The notes below the pieces were generated by a model. The model ran no database searches. It was not told the DNA's origin and saw only the letters and a program-made list of their open reading frames with translations. The position numbers and the translations under genes were made by a program. From Tubiluchus corallicola (taxonomy: Eukaryota > Animalia > Priapulida), in the NCBI GenBank assembly GCA_030141605.1, contig JAQGDQ010002448.1, positions 1 to 31,472 of the forward strand: a stretch of 31,472 nucleotides of DNA, written 5' to 3'. Numbering within the stretch: position 1 is the stretch's first letter; each line of letters starts with the position of its first letter. Shown here piece by piece: positions 1 to 8,623 of this stretch.

Positions 1-445
1 AAGGAATTTGCATTTTTTGAGCTAAAAATGGTAGACCATTTTTTATTTCATATATAGGCCCTTTTGGTCCATCTAGCGGGGTTCCCATTGTATATCCCTT
101 TTTTAGAAAAGAAATCATTGATTTCAGGCTTGCTACACTTTGTTTGTCTGAAGAGCCTCTTAATGGCTCCATTTTCAATTTTTTTAAAACAGATGCAACT
201 AATTCACCATCTTTAGTTGGACTAACTAATGGTGCAGCTTTTTCTTTGTACTCTAATCCAATAATAGCCATTAAAAGTTTACTATGCCAAAATCCAAAGA
301 TTTCACTTCTATCTTTATTTAAACTTTCTCCTTCACTTATAATTTTTATTTTATAGGTTGATTTTAGAAATTTAAATATTAGATATATAAAAAAACCGTA
401 TATTTTATATTTTTTTATTTCTTTGTCTCTTTTTTTTTCTTCCAT
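1..445 (-). CDS. DUF374 / lysophospholipid acyltransferase family protein (LpxJ-like lipid A late acyltransferase), 3' end outside window
   Basis: Not in ORF track; manual minus-strand translation from ATG at 445 (RBS GGAG): MEEKKRDKEIKKYKIYGFF...FGFWHSKLL...VSPTKDGELVA...LRGSSDK...GTPLDGPKGPIY, open to window edge; FWH, S-x-x-x-DGE, RGSS and DGPKGP motifs are typical of DUF374. Confidence 0.85.
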   Translation of the reverse strand, partial: MEEKKRDKEIKKYKIYGFFIYLIFKFLKSTYKIKIISEGESLNKDRSEIFGFWHSKLLMAIIGLEYKEKAAPLVSPTKDGELVASVLKKLKMEPLRGSSDKQSVASLKSMISFLKKGYTMGTPLDGPKGPIYEIKNGLPFLAQKMQIP

Positions 446-588
446 GATTCTCCAAATAATACTATTAAAAAGTTTTAATAAAATATAACTTAATATTAAT
501 TTTAGAGATATATAAAATTTGTGTACTTTCTTTCAATGTCAAGAAAATACACAAGCCTCTAAAAATTCAACAATATACTATATTAATA

Positions 589-610
589 AAAAAGAGAGCT
601 AAACTCTCTT
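589..610 (-). terminator. Intrinsic terminator downstream of ybaB/ebfC
   Basis: Minus strand AAGAGAG-TTTAG-CTCTCTT followed by T-run, 10 nt after the stop codon. Confidence 0.65.
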
Positions 611-620
611 AAATTAAGCA

Positions 621-983
621 CTATAGTAAACCTGGTATACTTATTCCGCCTGTAACTGAAGCCATTTCATTATCAGATAGCTCCTCCGCTTGCCTCATAA
701 CCTCTGTTATAGCTGATAATACTAAGTCTTCTAGCATTTCTTTGTCTCCATCATTTGCTATTTCTTTTATTATATCTTCTGATATTTTTATATCAACTAT
801 CTCCTTTTGTCCGTTAGCTTTTACAGATACTGCTCCTCCACCAACTGAAGTTTCTACAAATTTATCTTTCAATTCTTCTTGTATTTTTAACATTTTTTGC
901 TGCATTTCTTGTGCTTGCTGTAGAAGTTTTTGATTTCCTCCACCTTTAGGTGAATTTGATGATTTTTTAAGTTTCCTAACCAT
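621..983 (-). CDS. ybaB: YbaB/EbfC family nucleoid-associated protein
   Basis: QQAQEMQQKM...SVGGGAVSVKANGQKEI...DKEMLEDLVLSA...GGISIPGL signature; RBS AGGAGG. Confidence 0.93.
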   Translation of the reverse strand: MVRKLKKSSNSPKGGGNQKLLQQAQEMQQKMLKIQEELKDKFVETSVGGGAVSVKANGQKEIVDIKISEDIIKEIANDGDKEMLEDLVLSAITEVMRQAEELSDNEMASVTGGISIPGLL

Positions 984-1022
984 AACACACTTCCTCCTGT
1001 ATAATTAATTGAAATTTGGTTC

Positions 1023-1051
1023 ATTATAACACATTATTATATTCCTTTCAA
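1023..1051 (-). promoter_or_regulatory. sigma70-type promoter of ybaB
   Basis: Minus strand TTGAAA-17 nt-TATAAT with extended TG. Confidence 0.65.
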
Positions 1052-1064
1052 CACATTATTTCAT

Positions 1065-1093
1065 TTGTATTTACTAGTAAAAATTGTTATAAT
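1065..1093 (+). promoter_or_regulatory. sigma70-type promoter of flavodoxin gene
   Basis: TTGTAT-17 nt-TATAAT with extended TG. Confidence 0.6.
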
Positions 1094-1179
1094 CATCATA
1101 CTTAAATCTATAATAATATTAATATATTAAACTATTTTTCAAATTAGTAATATTTCTTTAAAAAAAGGAGGTTTTGTTA

Positions 1180-1665
1180 ATGAAAAAATTAATAATATTC
1201 TTCTCTTATGAAGGAAATACAAGGTATATTGCTGAAAACATTTCTAAAGCCATTAATGCTGATATTCTAGAAGTAAATACAAAAAAAGAACTTAAAAATA
1301 ATAAATTTTTAACAATGTTTTGGGGAGGAAAGCAAGTTCTCTTTAAAGAAAAGCCTGAGATTGTAAATATTGATATTAGTATAAATAACTATGATTTTAT
1401 TTTTTTAGGTTCACCTGTATGGGCTTTTAATTATGCTCCTGCCATTAGAACTTTTCTAGATCAAAAACTTATTAACAATAAAAATATCGCCCTTTTTTGC
1501 TGCAGTGAAGGTGCAAAAGGTAAAATTTTTGAAAATATGAAAAAAGAACTTACAGGAAATAAAATTATTGGAGAATGTGAATTTTTAAAACCTAAAGGTA
1601 ATGAAAATCAAGCTAATAATGCTAAAAAATGGGCTATGAAAATGGTTGAAAATATGAATTTCTAG
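1180..1665 (+). CDS. Flavodoxin family protein
   Basis: FFSYEGNTRYIA FMN phosphate loop, YDFIFLGSPVW, ALFCCSEG; ATG at 1180 preceded by AGGAGG. Confidence 0.9.
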   Translation: MKKLIIFFSYEGNTRYIAENISKAINADILEVNTKKELKNNKFLTMFWGGKQVLFKEKPEIVNIDISINNYDFIFLGSPVWAFNYAPAIRTFLDQKLINNKNIALFCCSEGAKGKIFENMKKELTGNKIIGECEFLKPKGNENQANNAKKWAMKMVENMNF

Positions 1666-1756
1666 ATTTCATCACCTAATCTTAATTAATTTTATGATCA
1701 TATAAAGGTTCTTGATTTATTAATATTATACTTAATTAAAAAAATCAGCTCTAATA

Positions 1757-2628
1757 TGAACTTGTCCTTGTCAAGTAAATCAAAAAATAAAAACACTGTT
1801 TTGGGCTATAGCTCAGTATTCTTTCGGACTGTAGCCTTTTAATTTCATATTAAATATCTATTGACTACCTAGTATTTGGTTTTTCAGATTTGAAGTCTTT
1901 TGCTAAAAGGTTTTCTTTAACAATTTCAGGCACTTTGTGTTTTCATTTATACCTTTTCTTTCTAATTACTGATTGCAAGCCTAGTTTTTATCATTAGTCT
2001 ATAAGCTCTTTTATGATTAATTTTAATACCATATGTTTTTTCTATCCACTTTTTAATTCTCAGTTTTCCATAAATGCCTTTAAGCTTATTAAAACATTCT
2101 AAAATCAATACTTTTATTAAAATATTTTCATAATTACGATTATTAGCTTTTCTATATAAAGCATTTTTTAGTAAGCTTCTCTTGAAATTACCGTTATTAT
2201 ACATAGCTTTAAAATTGATAATCTTTTGTAACTTTTAATAAATTTATATTTTTGAATTATAGCATCTCCTCCCACTTTTTTAGCCATTCAACTTCAGCTT
2301 TCAGATATTCAATTTCTTCTTACAATTGTAATTTAGTTTTTGGTCTTCTTCTTTCTCCACATTTACCACAATTGTTTTGGAAAAAGAGCTCCTATTCACC
2401 ATCACAGTATTTTTCACCAATTTTCTATTTAAATCATATTCTTTATATCAAGAATATACATAATTTGTTTACTACTAAAGCCTTTTTTCTTGAAATTAAT
2501 AGTTTGTAATTTAGTAGCATTATCATATTTCCTATTTTTTCCCATTAAAAAATCTCCTAAAAATTTTCAATTATAGTATAATACAAACGTGATTTTTTAT
2601 TACTGTTTACTTTTAGGGAATTATATCA
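1757..2628 (-). mobile_element. Degenerate, internally deleted IS3-family insertion sequence (872 bp)
   Basis: Imperfect terminal IRs TGATATAATTCCCTAAAAGTAAAC (2628 end) and TGAACTTGTCCTTGTCAAGTAAAT (1757 end); OrfA remnant from ATG 2545 (MGKNRKYD...EIEYLKAEVEWLKK) with internal stops; OrfB remnants GIYGKLRI...INHKRAYRLM, ENLLAKDFKSEKPNTR, then directly the C-terminal MKLKGYSPKEY; DDE core absent. Confidence 0.88.
1962..2204 (-). pseudogene. IS3-family transposase OrfB N-terminal (HTH_21-like) fragment
   Basis: YG.LRI...GIKINHKRAYRLM motif; frameshifted relative to the downstream VIRKKRYK segment. Confidence 0.82.
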
Positions 2629-2857
2629 TCATAATTGTTTTTTATAAAATAATTAAGTTTAGAGTTAAGCTAGCGATTTAGGTTTTAATAATATTTTTAG
2701 TTTTTTGATAAATTGATACTTAATAAAAATTAAAATTTTTTATTAACTCTACTGGCTTTAGAATGTTTACCCATAAATTATTTAGCAATAATCATAAACA
2801 TGCCTCTATTAAAACTGTAGAATTTAAATTTGCAAACAAATAATTAATGTTGTGCTA

Positions 2858-2886
2858 TTGACCTCTAAAAAATAACATGATATTAT
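2858..2886 (+). promoter_or_regulatory. sigma70-type promoter of gnd-zwf-pgl
   Basis: TTGACC-17 nt-TATTAT with extended TG, 48 nt upstream of gnd ATG. Confidence 0.7.
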
Positions 2887-2934
2887 TTAAATTAAGAGTT
2901 ATATATAAATCAAATGTTTATAAGGGAGGTACAA

Positions 2935-3846
2935 ATGGTATTAGCAATGATTGGACTAGGCAAGATGGGAAGTAATATGACTAAGAAGCTTTTACGTACT
3001 GATCACAAAGTTATAGTATATGATATTAATAAGGAAGCTGTTGACGATTTAGGCAAGCATGGTGCTGTAGCTTGTTACTCAATAAATGATTTATATAAAA
3101 ATTTAGAAAATGAAAAAAGACCTGTTTTATGGTTAATGCTACCAGCAGGAAAAATAACAGAAAATACAATAATAGATGCTAAGAAAAATTTAAAACCAGG
3201 GTCTATTATAATAGATGGTGGCAATAGTTTTTATAAAGACACAATAAGAAGAAGCAATATACTAAAAGAATCAAATATTGAATTTCTAGATATAGGAACA
3301 AGTGGAGGATTATATGGAATAGTAAATGGTTATTGCTTTATGGTTGGAGGAGAAAAAAAAACGTATAACATAATAGAGCCAATACTTTCAGCTTTAGCAG
3401 CTAAAAATGGTTATGAGTATATTGGTGAGAGTGGAAGTGGGCATTATACAAAAATGATACACAATGGTATAGAATATGCAATGATGCAAGCATATGGTGA
3501 GGGATTTGAGCTTTTAAATAGTAAAAAAGAGTTTAATATTAATTTAGAAAAAGTGTCAAAAGTATGGAAAAATGGAAGTATAATTAATTCGTGGCTACTT
3601 GAATTATGTAGTAATATGTTTGAGAAAGATACGAGTTTGGAAGGTATAAAAGGATATGTAAACGACTCTGGAGAGGGAAGATGGACAGTACTTGATGCAA
3701 TAGAACAGAGCGTTCATGCTCCAGTTATAACATTATCATTAATGCAAAGATTTAGATCAAGAAAAGAAGAGACTTTTACAGATAAGGTAATAGCAGGTTT
3801 AAGAAATGAATTTGGAGGGCATTCAATTAAAAAAAAGGGAGAATAA
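2935..3846 (+). CDS. gnd: 6-phosphogluconate dehydrogenase, decarboxylating (short ~300 aa type)
   Basis: MIGLGKMG Rossmann motif, IDGGNS, GTSGG, GSGHYTKMIHNGIEY, DSGEGRW, LRNEFGGH; ATG 2935 after GGGAGG. Confidence 0.95.
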   Translation: MVLAMIGLGKMGSNMTKKLLRTDHKVIVYDINKEAVDDLGKHGAVACYSINDLYKNLENEKRPVLWLMLPAGKITENTIIDAKKNLKPGSIIIDGGNSFYKDTIRRSNILKESNIEFLDIGTSGGLYGIVNGYCFMVGGEKKTYNIIEPILSALAAKNGYEYIGESGSGHYTKMIHNGIEYAMMQAYGEGFELLNSKKEFNINLEKVSKVWKNGSIINSWLLELCSNMFEKDTSLEGIKGYVNDSGEGRWTVLDAIEQSVHAPVITLSLMQRFRSRKEETFTDKVIAGLRNEFGGHSIKKKGE

Positions 3847-3847
3847 A

Positions 3848-5389
3848 ATGGAAAATAAAAATATGTGTGATATCACATCTTACTCTCCAATAAGTGATAA
3901 ATTTACAATAATTATATTTGGAGGAGCAGGTGATTTATCTCAAAGGAAGTTAATTCCAGAATTATATAGGATTTATTACTTAAATTTAATTGATAGTGAC
4001 TTTAAAATTATAGGGTTTGGATTACCAAGAATAGAATTAAATAAATTTAGGGTTATGGCAAAAATGTCAATAATGACCTTTACTAATGAAAAAGATATAG
4101 ATGAAGAAAAAATAGAATCTTTTTTAAATAAATTAAGTTATGTTTCGAGTGAATTTTATGACGTTGACAATTATAACACTTTGTATGATGAATATAAAGG
4201 AGCAAATAAAGAGGATGATCAGATATTATTTTACTTAGCAACTCCACCAGAGTTTGCTCCTGTGATTATTGAAAATATTGGAAAGAGCAATCTAAGGAGT
4301 TGTCTAAATAAGAAAATAATAATGGAAAAACCATTTGGTGTAGACCTAGAGAGTGCAAAAAAATTAAATAACACAGTTCATAAAGTGTTTGAAGAAAAAA
4401 GCATCTATAGAATAGATCACTATTTAGGAAAAGAAACAGTTCAAAATATACTATTTTTTAGATTTGGAAATAGTATCTTTGAGCCTATTTGGAATAGAAA
4501 TTTTATTGACCATATTCAAATAACAGTTGCAGAGGATATCGGAATAGGACATAGAGGTAAATTTTATGAAAAATCAGGAGTAGTAAGAGATGTAATACAA
4601 AATCACTTAATGCAACTTATTGCTCTTGTGTCAATGGAGCCTCCTGTTTTTTTTGAAGCAGATTCAATTCGAGATGAAAAAGTAAAAGTTTTTAAATCAG
4701 TGCATTACTTTACTAAGGAGTGTTTAAAAGAAAATATAGTAAAGGGGCAATATGATAAAGGAGAAATAAACAACAAACGAGTGAATTCTTACAGAGAAGA
4801 AAAGGATGTAGATATGAAATCCTCTACTCCAACATTTGTATCAGGAAAAATGTATATAGATAACTGGAGATGGTCTGGTGTACCTTTTTATTTTAGAGCT
4901 GGTAAGAGATTGAGGAAAAAATCCACAGAAATATATATACATTTTAAACATGTTCCACTAAAACTTTTTGGAGAAGAAGAATGTAAAAATATAGAACCTA
5001 ACGGAATACTTTTGTCTATTCAACCAAAAGAAAAAATAACTGTAAAATTTAATTTAAAATACCCAGGATCAGAAAATTTTCCCCACCAAGCAAGTATGGA
5101 TTTTAATTATAGTGACCTTGAAGATTCAGAGCCACTAAATGCTTATGAAAGACTACTTATTGACTGTTTAAAAGGAGATTTAACATTATTTGCAAGACAA
5201 GATGGTGTTGAAGCAATGTGGAAAATAGTAGACCCTATAAATAAATATTTTGATAATAATGATAGTACTGTGCTTCCAAATTACTTTGCTGGATCATGGG
5301 GGCCTAAAAGATCTAAAGAACTTATTGAAAATGATGGTAGACAATGGACTGAAGATTTTTTAGTAGGAGATTCAAAATGGGGAATATAA
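3848..5389 (+). CDS. zwf: Glucose-6-phosphate 1-dehydrogenase
   Basis: IFGGAGDLS, EKPFG, RIDHYLGKE, RDVIQNH, RWSGVPFYFRAGK, AYERLL; probable ATG 3848 immediately after gnd stop. Confidence 0.96.
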   Translation: MENKNMCDITSYSPISDKFTIIIFGGAGDLSQRKLIPELYRIYYLNLIDSDFKIIGFGLPRIELNKFRVMAKMSIMTFTNEKDIDEEKIESFLNKLSYVSSEFYDVDNYNTLYDEYKGANKEDDQILFYLATPPEFAPVIIENIGKSNLRSCLNKKIIMEKPFGVDLESAKKLNNTVHKVFEEKSIYRIDHYLGKETVQNILFFRFGNSIFEPIWNRNFIDHIQITVAEDIGIGHRGKFYEKSGVVRDVIQNHLMQLIALVSMEPPVFFEADSIRDEKVKVFKSVHYFTKECLKENIVKGQYDKGEINNKRVNSYREEKDVDMKSSTPTFVSGKMYIDNWRWSGVPFYFRAGKRLRKKSTEIYIHFKHVPLKLFGEEECKNIEPNGILLSIQPKEKITVKFNLKYPGSENFPHQASMDFNYSDLEDSEPLNAYERLLIDCLKGDLTLFARQDGVEAMWKIVDPINKYFDNNDSTVLPNYFAGSWGPKRSKELIENDGRQWTEDFLVGDSKWGI

Positions 5390-6033
5390 TTATAGTTGAA
5401 AAAAGAAGTGACGTGGCAAGTGAATGCAAAGAAATATTTTTACAAGAATATGAAAAGCAAGTCATAAATAATGCTACATTTAATATAGCATTTTCAGGAG
5501 GGAATACACCTAAAGAATTTTTAAAATTACTTTCTAAAGAATGTATAAACTGGTCTATGGTACATATTTTTTTAATTGATGAAAGATATGTTCCCTTAGA
5601 ACATGAGGATAGTAACTACAAATTGATTTTAAATTTTTTAATAAAAAATATAGAAATACCTAAGAAAAATATTCATAAAATTGATTTTTTAGAAAATATT
5701 GAATCTAGTAGAGATGAATATAAGAAAGAAGTGCAAGATTTTTTTGATAACAATGTGCTTCATATGGCTTTTTTGGGGATCGGAAATGACGGTCATACAG
5801 CTTCTGTTTTCCCTGAAAATTACGAAAAAATAAATGATAGCATAAGTGTATCAGAAGTTGATAGAGTGAAACATAGTAGAATAACAATGAGCATAGATTT
5901 TATAAATAAAGCAAAATTAAAAATTTTTTTATTATTTGAAAATAAAAGAAAAATCCTTAATAATTTAAATGAAAAACACCCCGCTTATTATATAAAAAAA
6001 AATGTATATTACATCATTAATGAAGTAAATTAG
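5377..6033 (+). CDS. pgl: 6-phosphogluconolactonase
   Basis: SGGNTP, DERYVP...DSNY, LGIGNDGHTAS, RITMS motifs; overlaps zwf stop. Confidence 0.93.
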   Translation: MGNIIIVEKRSDVASECKEIFLQEYEKQVINNATFNIAFSGGNTPKEFLKLLSKECINWSMVHIFLIDERYVPLEHEDSNYKLILNFLIKNIEIPKKNIHKIDFLENIESSRDEYKKEVQDFFDNNVLHMAFLGIGNDGHTASVFPENYEKINDSISVSEVDRVKHSRITMSIDFINKAKLKIFLLFENKRKILNNLNEKHPAYYIKKNVYYIINEVN

Positions 6034-6075
6034 AAAAATTAAATAAAATAAAAAAACAGGCTCCTTACACAGTAC

Positions 6076-6300
6076 TGATATAATCCCCTAAAAGTAAACA
6101 GCAAGAAAAAATTACATTTGTATTATACTATTAATTGAATAATTGAAAATTTTTAGGGGATTTTTTAATGTGAAAAACCAAATACTAGGTAGTAAATAGA
6201 TACTTAATATGAAATTAAAAGGCTACAATCCGAAAGAATACTGAGCTATAGCCCAAAACAGTGTTTTTATTTTTTAATTTACTTAACAAGAACAAATTCA
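6076..6300 (+). mobile_element. 225-bp MITE-like derivative of the IS3 element at 1757-2628, in inverted orientation
   Basis: 6076-6170 matches the reverse complement of ~2543-2628 and 6171-6300 that of ~1757-1886, with scattered mismatches; begins TG, ends CA; no transposase ORF. Confidence 0.88.
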
Positions 6301-6475
6301 TATTAGAGCTTGTTTATTTTTAAATAAAATTTAAGTATTAGTTTTCTTAAAAAACGGTTTCTACTTCCTTTATTGGTTTTTGTCATATCATAATATTTAA
6401 TATTATATAAAATTATACCTAAAAAGAGGTTTGGTAGTTTTATTTACATAAAAGTTTACAAGTTATTTAGTTTGC

Positions 6476-8455
6476 CTATATGTTTAGTAGTAAGTTTTTA
6501 AGTTTTATCATTTCATCTCTTTTTATAATTGCTTCTTCAAAACTTAATTCTTCCGATAACTTTTGGATTTCTTTTTCTAACTTTAAGATTTCCTTTTCAA
6601 TATCTTTTTTAGAAGTATATACTTTTTTTATATTAATTTCTTCTTTATCTATGTGTAATCCATAATCTAAGTTTAAAACATCTTCAGAAATTTTTCTTAT
6701 TATACTTTCAGGATTAATATTATGCTTTTTGTTATAATCTTTTTGTTTTTTCTTTCTTCTATTGCTTTCAGATACAGCTGCTTTTATTGATTTTGTTTCT
6801 GTATCAGCATACAAGATGACTTTCCCATGAATATTTCTTGCTGCTCGCCCCATAGTCTGTATAAGTGATCTTCTGCTTCTTAAAAATCCCTCTTTGTCAG
6901 CTTCTAGTATTCCAACTAATGAAACTTCTGGGATATCAAGTCCTTCTCTTAAAAGGTTTATACCAACTAAAACATCAAAGTCACCTCTTCTAAGTCCCCT
7001 AATAATATCAATTCTTTCTAGGGTATCTATATCAGAGTGCATGTATTTTACCTTTACCCCAAAGTTTAAATAATATTCTGTAAGTTCCTCAGCCATTTTT
7101 TTAGTTAACGTTGTAATAAGGACCCTTTCTTTTTTTTCTGACCTATCTCTTATTTCATTTAATAAATCGTCTACTTGATTTTTTGTTGATTTTATTATTA
7201 TTTCAGGCTCTAGTATACCAGTTGGCCTAATAAGCTGTTCTACAATTTGTTTTTTACTATTTTCAATCTCAAAATCTCCAGGTGTAGCAGACACAAAAAT
7301 AGTTTGTTTTGCTAGTTTACGAAACTCTTCAAATTTTAAAGGTCTATTATCTAAAGCAGAAGGTAGTCTAAACCCATTATCAACTAATGTCTGTTTCCTA
7401 GATCTATCACCATTATACATGCCATTTATTTGTGGTACAGCAATATGTGATTCATCTAAAACTACAATAAAATCTTTAGGAAAAAACTCTAGCAGAGTAT
7501 ACGGAGTTTCTCCAGGGTTCTTCCCTGACAAAAACCTAGAATAATTTTCAATACCCTTACAATAACCAAGCTCCTTAATCATCTCCAAATCAAATTCTGT
7601 CCTTTGTTTAATCCTTTGAGCTTCTAATAGTTTTTTATTTTTTTTAAAAAAGTCTTCTCTTTTTTCTAGCTCATCTTGAATATTTTTTATAATTTCATCT
7701 ACACCGTCTTCTTCAGTTAAGTAATGAGTTGCCGGCATAATTGTAAGCCTATCTAAAGAACGAATTTTTTTACCATTTACAACATTTATTTCTGATATAC
7801 TCTCTAAGTCTTCTCCAAAAAATTCAAACCTATAACCATGTTCTAAGTAAACAGGATATATGTCAATAATATCTCCTTTCACTCTAAACTTTCCTCTTTC
7901 AAAAGCAGTGTCATTTCTCTCATACCTAATGCTAATTAATTTTTCAATTAGAAATTTTCTATCAATACCTGTTTTTTTGTCTACTGCTAAAGCCATTTCC
8001 TTATAAGTTTTTGGAGAACCTAAGCCATATATCGCAGATACAGAAGCAACTATAATAACATCCTTTCTAGTTAAAAGAGCAGCTGTGGCAGCATGTCTTA
8101 GTTTATCAATTTCATCATTAATAGATGAATCTTTTTCTATATAAGTATCAGTTGATAAAACATAAGCTTCTGGCTGATAATAATCATAGTAAGACACAAA
8201 ATATTCTACAGCATTTTCAGGAAAAAAAGCTTTATATTCTGAATAAAGTTGCGCTGCTAAAGTTTTATTAGGGGCAATTATTAACGCTGGCCTATTTGTT
8301 TTTGCAATTATATTAGCAATAGTAAATGTTTTTCCTGAGCCTGTTACACCAAGTAGTGTTTGATCTTTTATTCCTAAATTTAACCCATTTACCAATTGCT
8401 TTATTGCGTCAGGTTGATCTCCTGTAGGCTTAAAATTTGACTTTAATTTAAACAT
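6476..8455 (-). CDS. uvrB: Excinuclease ABC subunit B
   Basis: GVTGSGKT Walker A, FVSYYDYYQPEAY, DESH, GINLLREGLDIPEV, QTMGRAAR, C-terminal UVR coiled coil. Confidence 0.98.
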   Translation of the reverse strand: MFKLKSNFKPTGDQPDAIKQLVNGLNLGIKDQTLLGVTGSGKTFTIANIIAKTNRPALIIAPNKTLAAQLYSEYKAFFPENAVEYFVSYYDYYQPEAYVLSTDTYIEKDSSINDEIDKLRHAATAALLTRKDVIIVASVSAIYGLGSPKTYKEMALAVDKKTGIDRKFLIEKLISIRYERNDTAFERGKFRVKGDIIDIYPVYLEHGYRFEFFGEDLESISEINVVNGKKIRSLDRLTIMPATHYLTEEDGVDEIIKNIQDELEKREDFFKKNKKLLEAQRIKQRTEFDLEMIKELGYCKGIENYSRFLSGKNPGETPYTLLEFFPKDFIVVLDESHIAVPQINGMYNGDRSRKQTLVDNGFRLPSALDNRPLKFEEFRKLAKQTIFVSATPGDFEIENSKKQIVEQLIRPTGILEPEIIIKSTKNQVDDLLNEIRDRSEKKERVLITTLTKKMAEELTEYYLNFGVKVKYMHSDIDTLERIDIIRGLRRGDFDVLVGINLLREGLDIPEVSLVGILEADKEGFLRSRRSLIQTMGRAARNIHGKVILYADTETKSIKAAVSESNRRKKKQKDYNKKHNINPESIIRKISEDVLNLDYGLHIDKEEINIKKVYTSKKDIEKEILKLEKEIQKLSEELSFEEAIIKRDEMIKLKNLLLNI

Positions 8456-8491
8456 AATACCTCCAATATATTACCCATTTTATATCTGTAA

Positions 8492-8519
8492 ATTATATCA
8501 TTTAAAATTTTTTATTCAA
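8492..8519 (-). promoter_or_regulatory. Putative promoter of uvrB
   Basis: Minus strand TTGAAT-16 nt-TATAAT with extended TG. Confidence 0.5.
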
Positions 8520-8623
8520 TTAAATTATAAAAAATTTGTTGCATTATAAAAAGTATTCTAGTAATATAATAATATTGCATTAATTTATAAAATTAATTTT
8601 GGTAATTATTTGGGAGAAAAGAG

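Noticed and set aside
144-356. 70-aa plus-strand ORF
   Set aside because: Antisense shadow of the DUF374 gene, which has clear motifs and an RBS
2252-2509. 85-aa plus-strand ORF
   Set aside because: Antisense to the IS3 OrfA remnant; no RBS or recognisable motif
1751-6306. Target-site duplication around the putative composite transposon
   Set aside because: Outer flanks (CTAATA and TATTAG) are inverted, not direct, repeats
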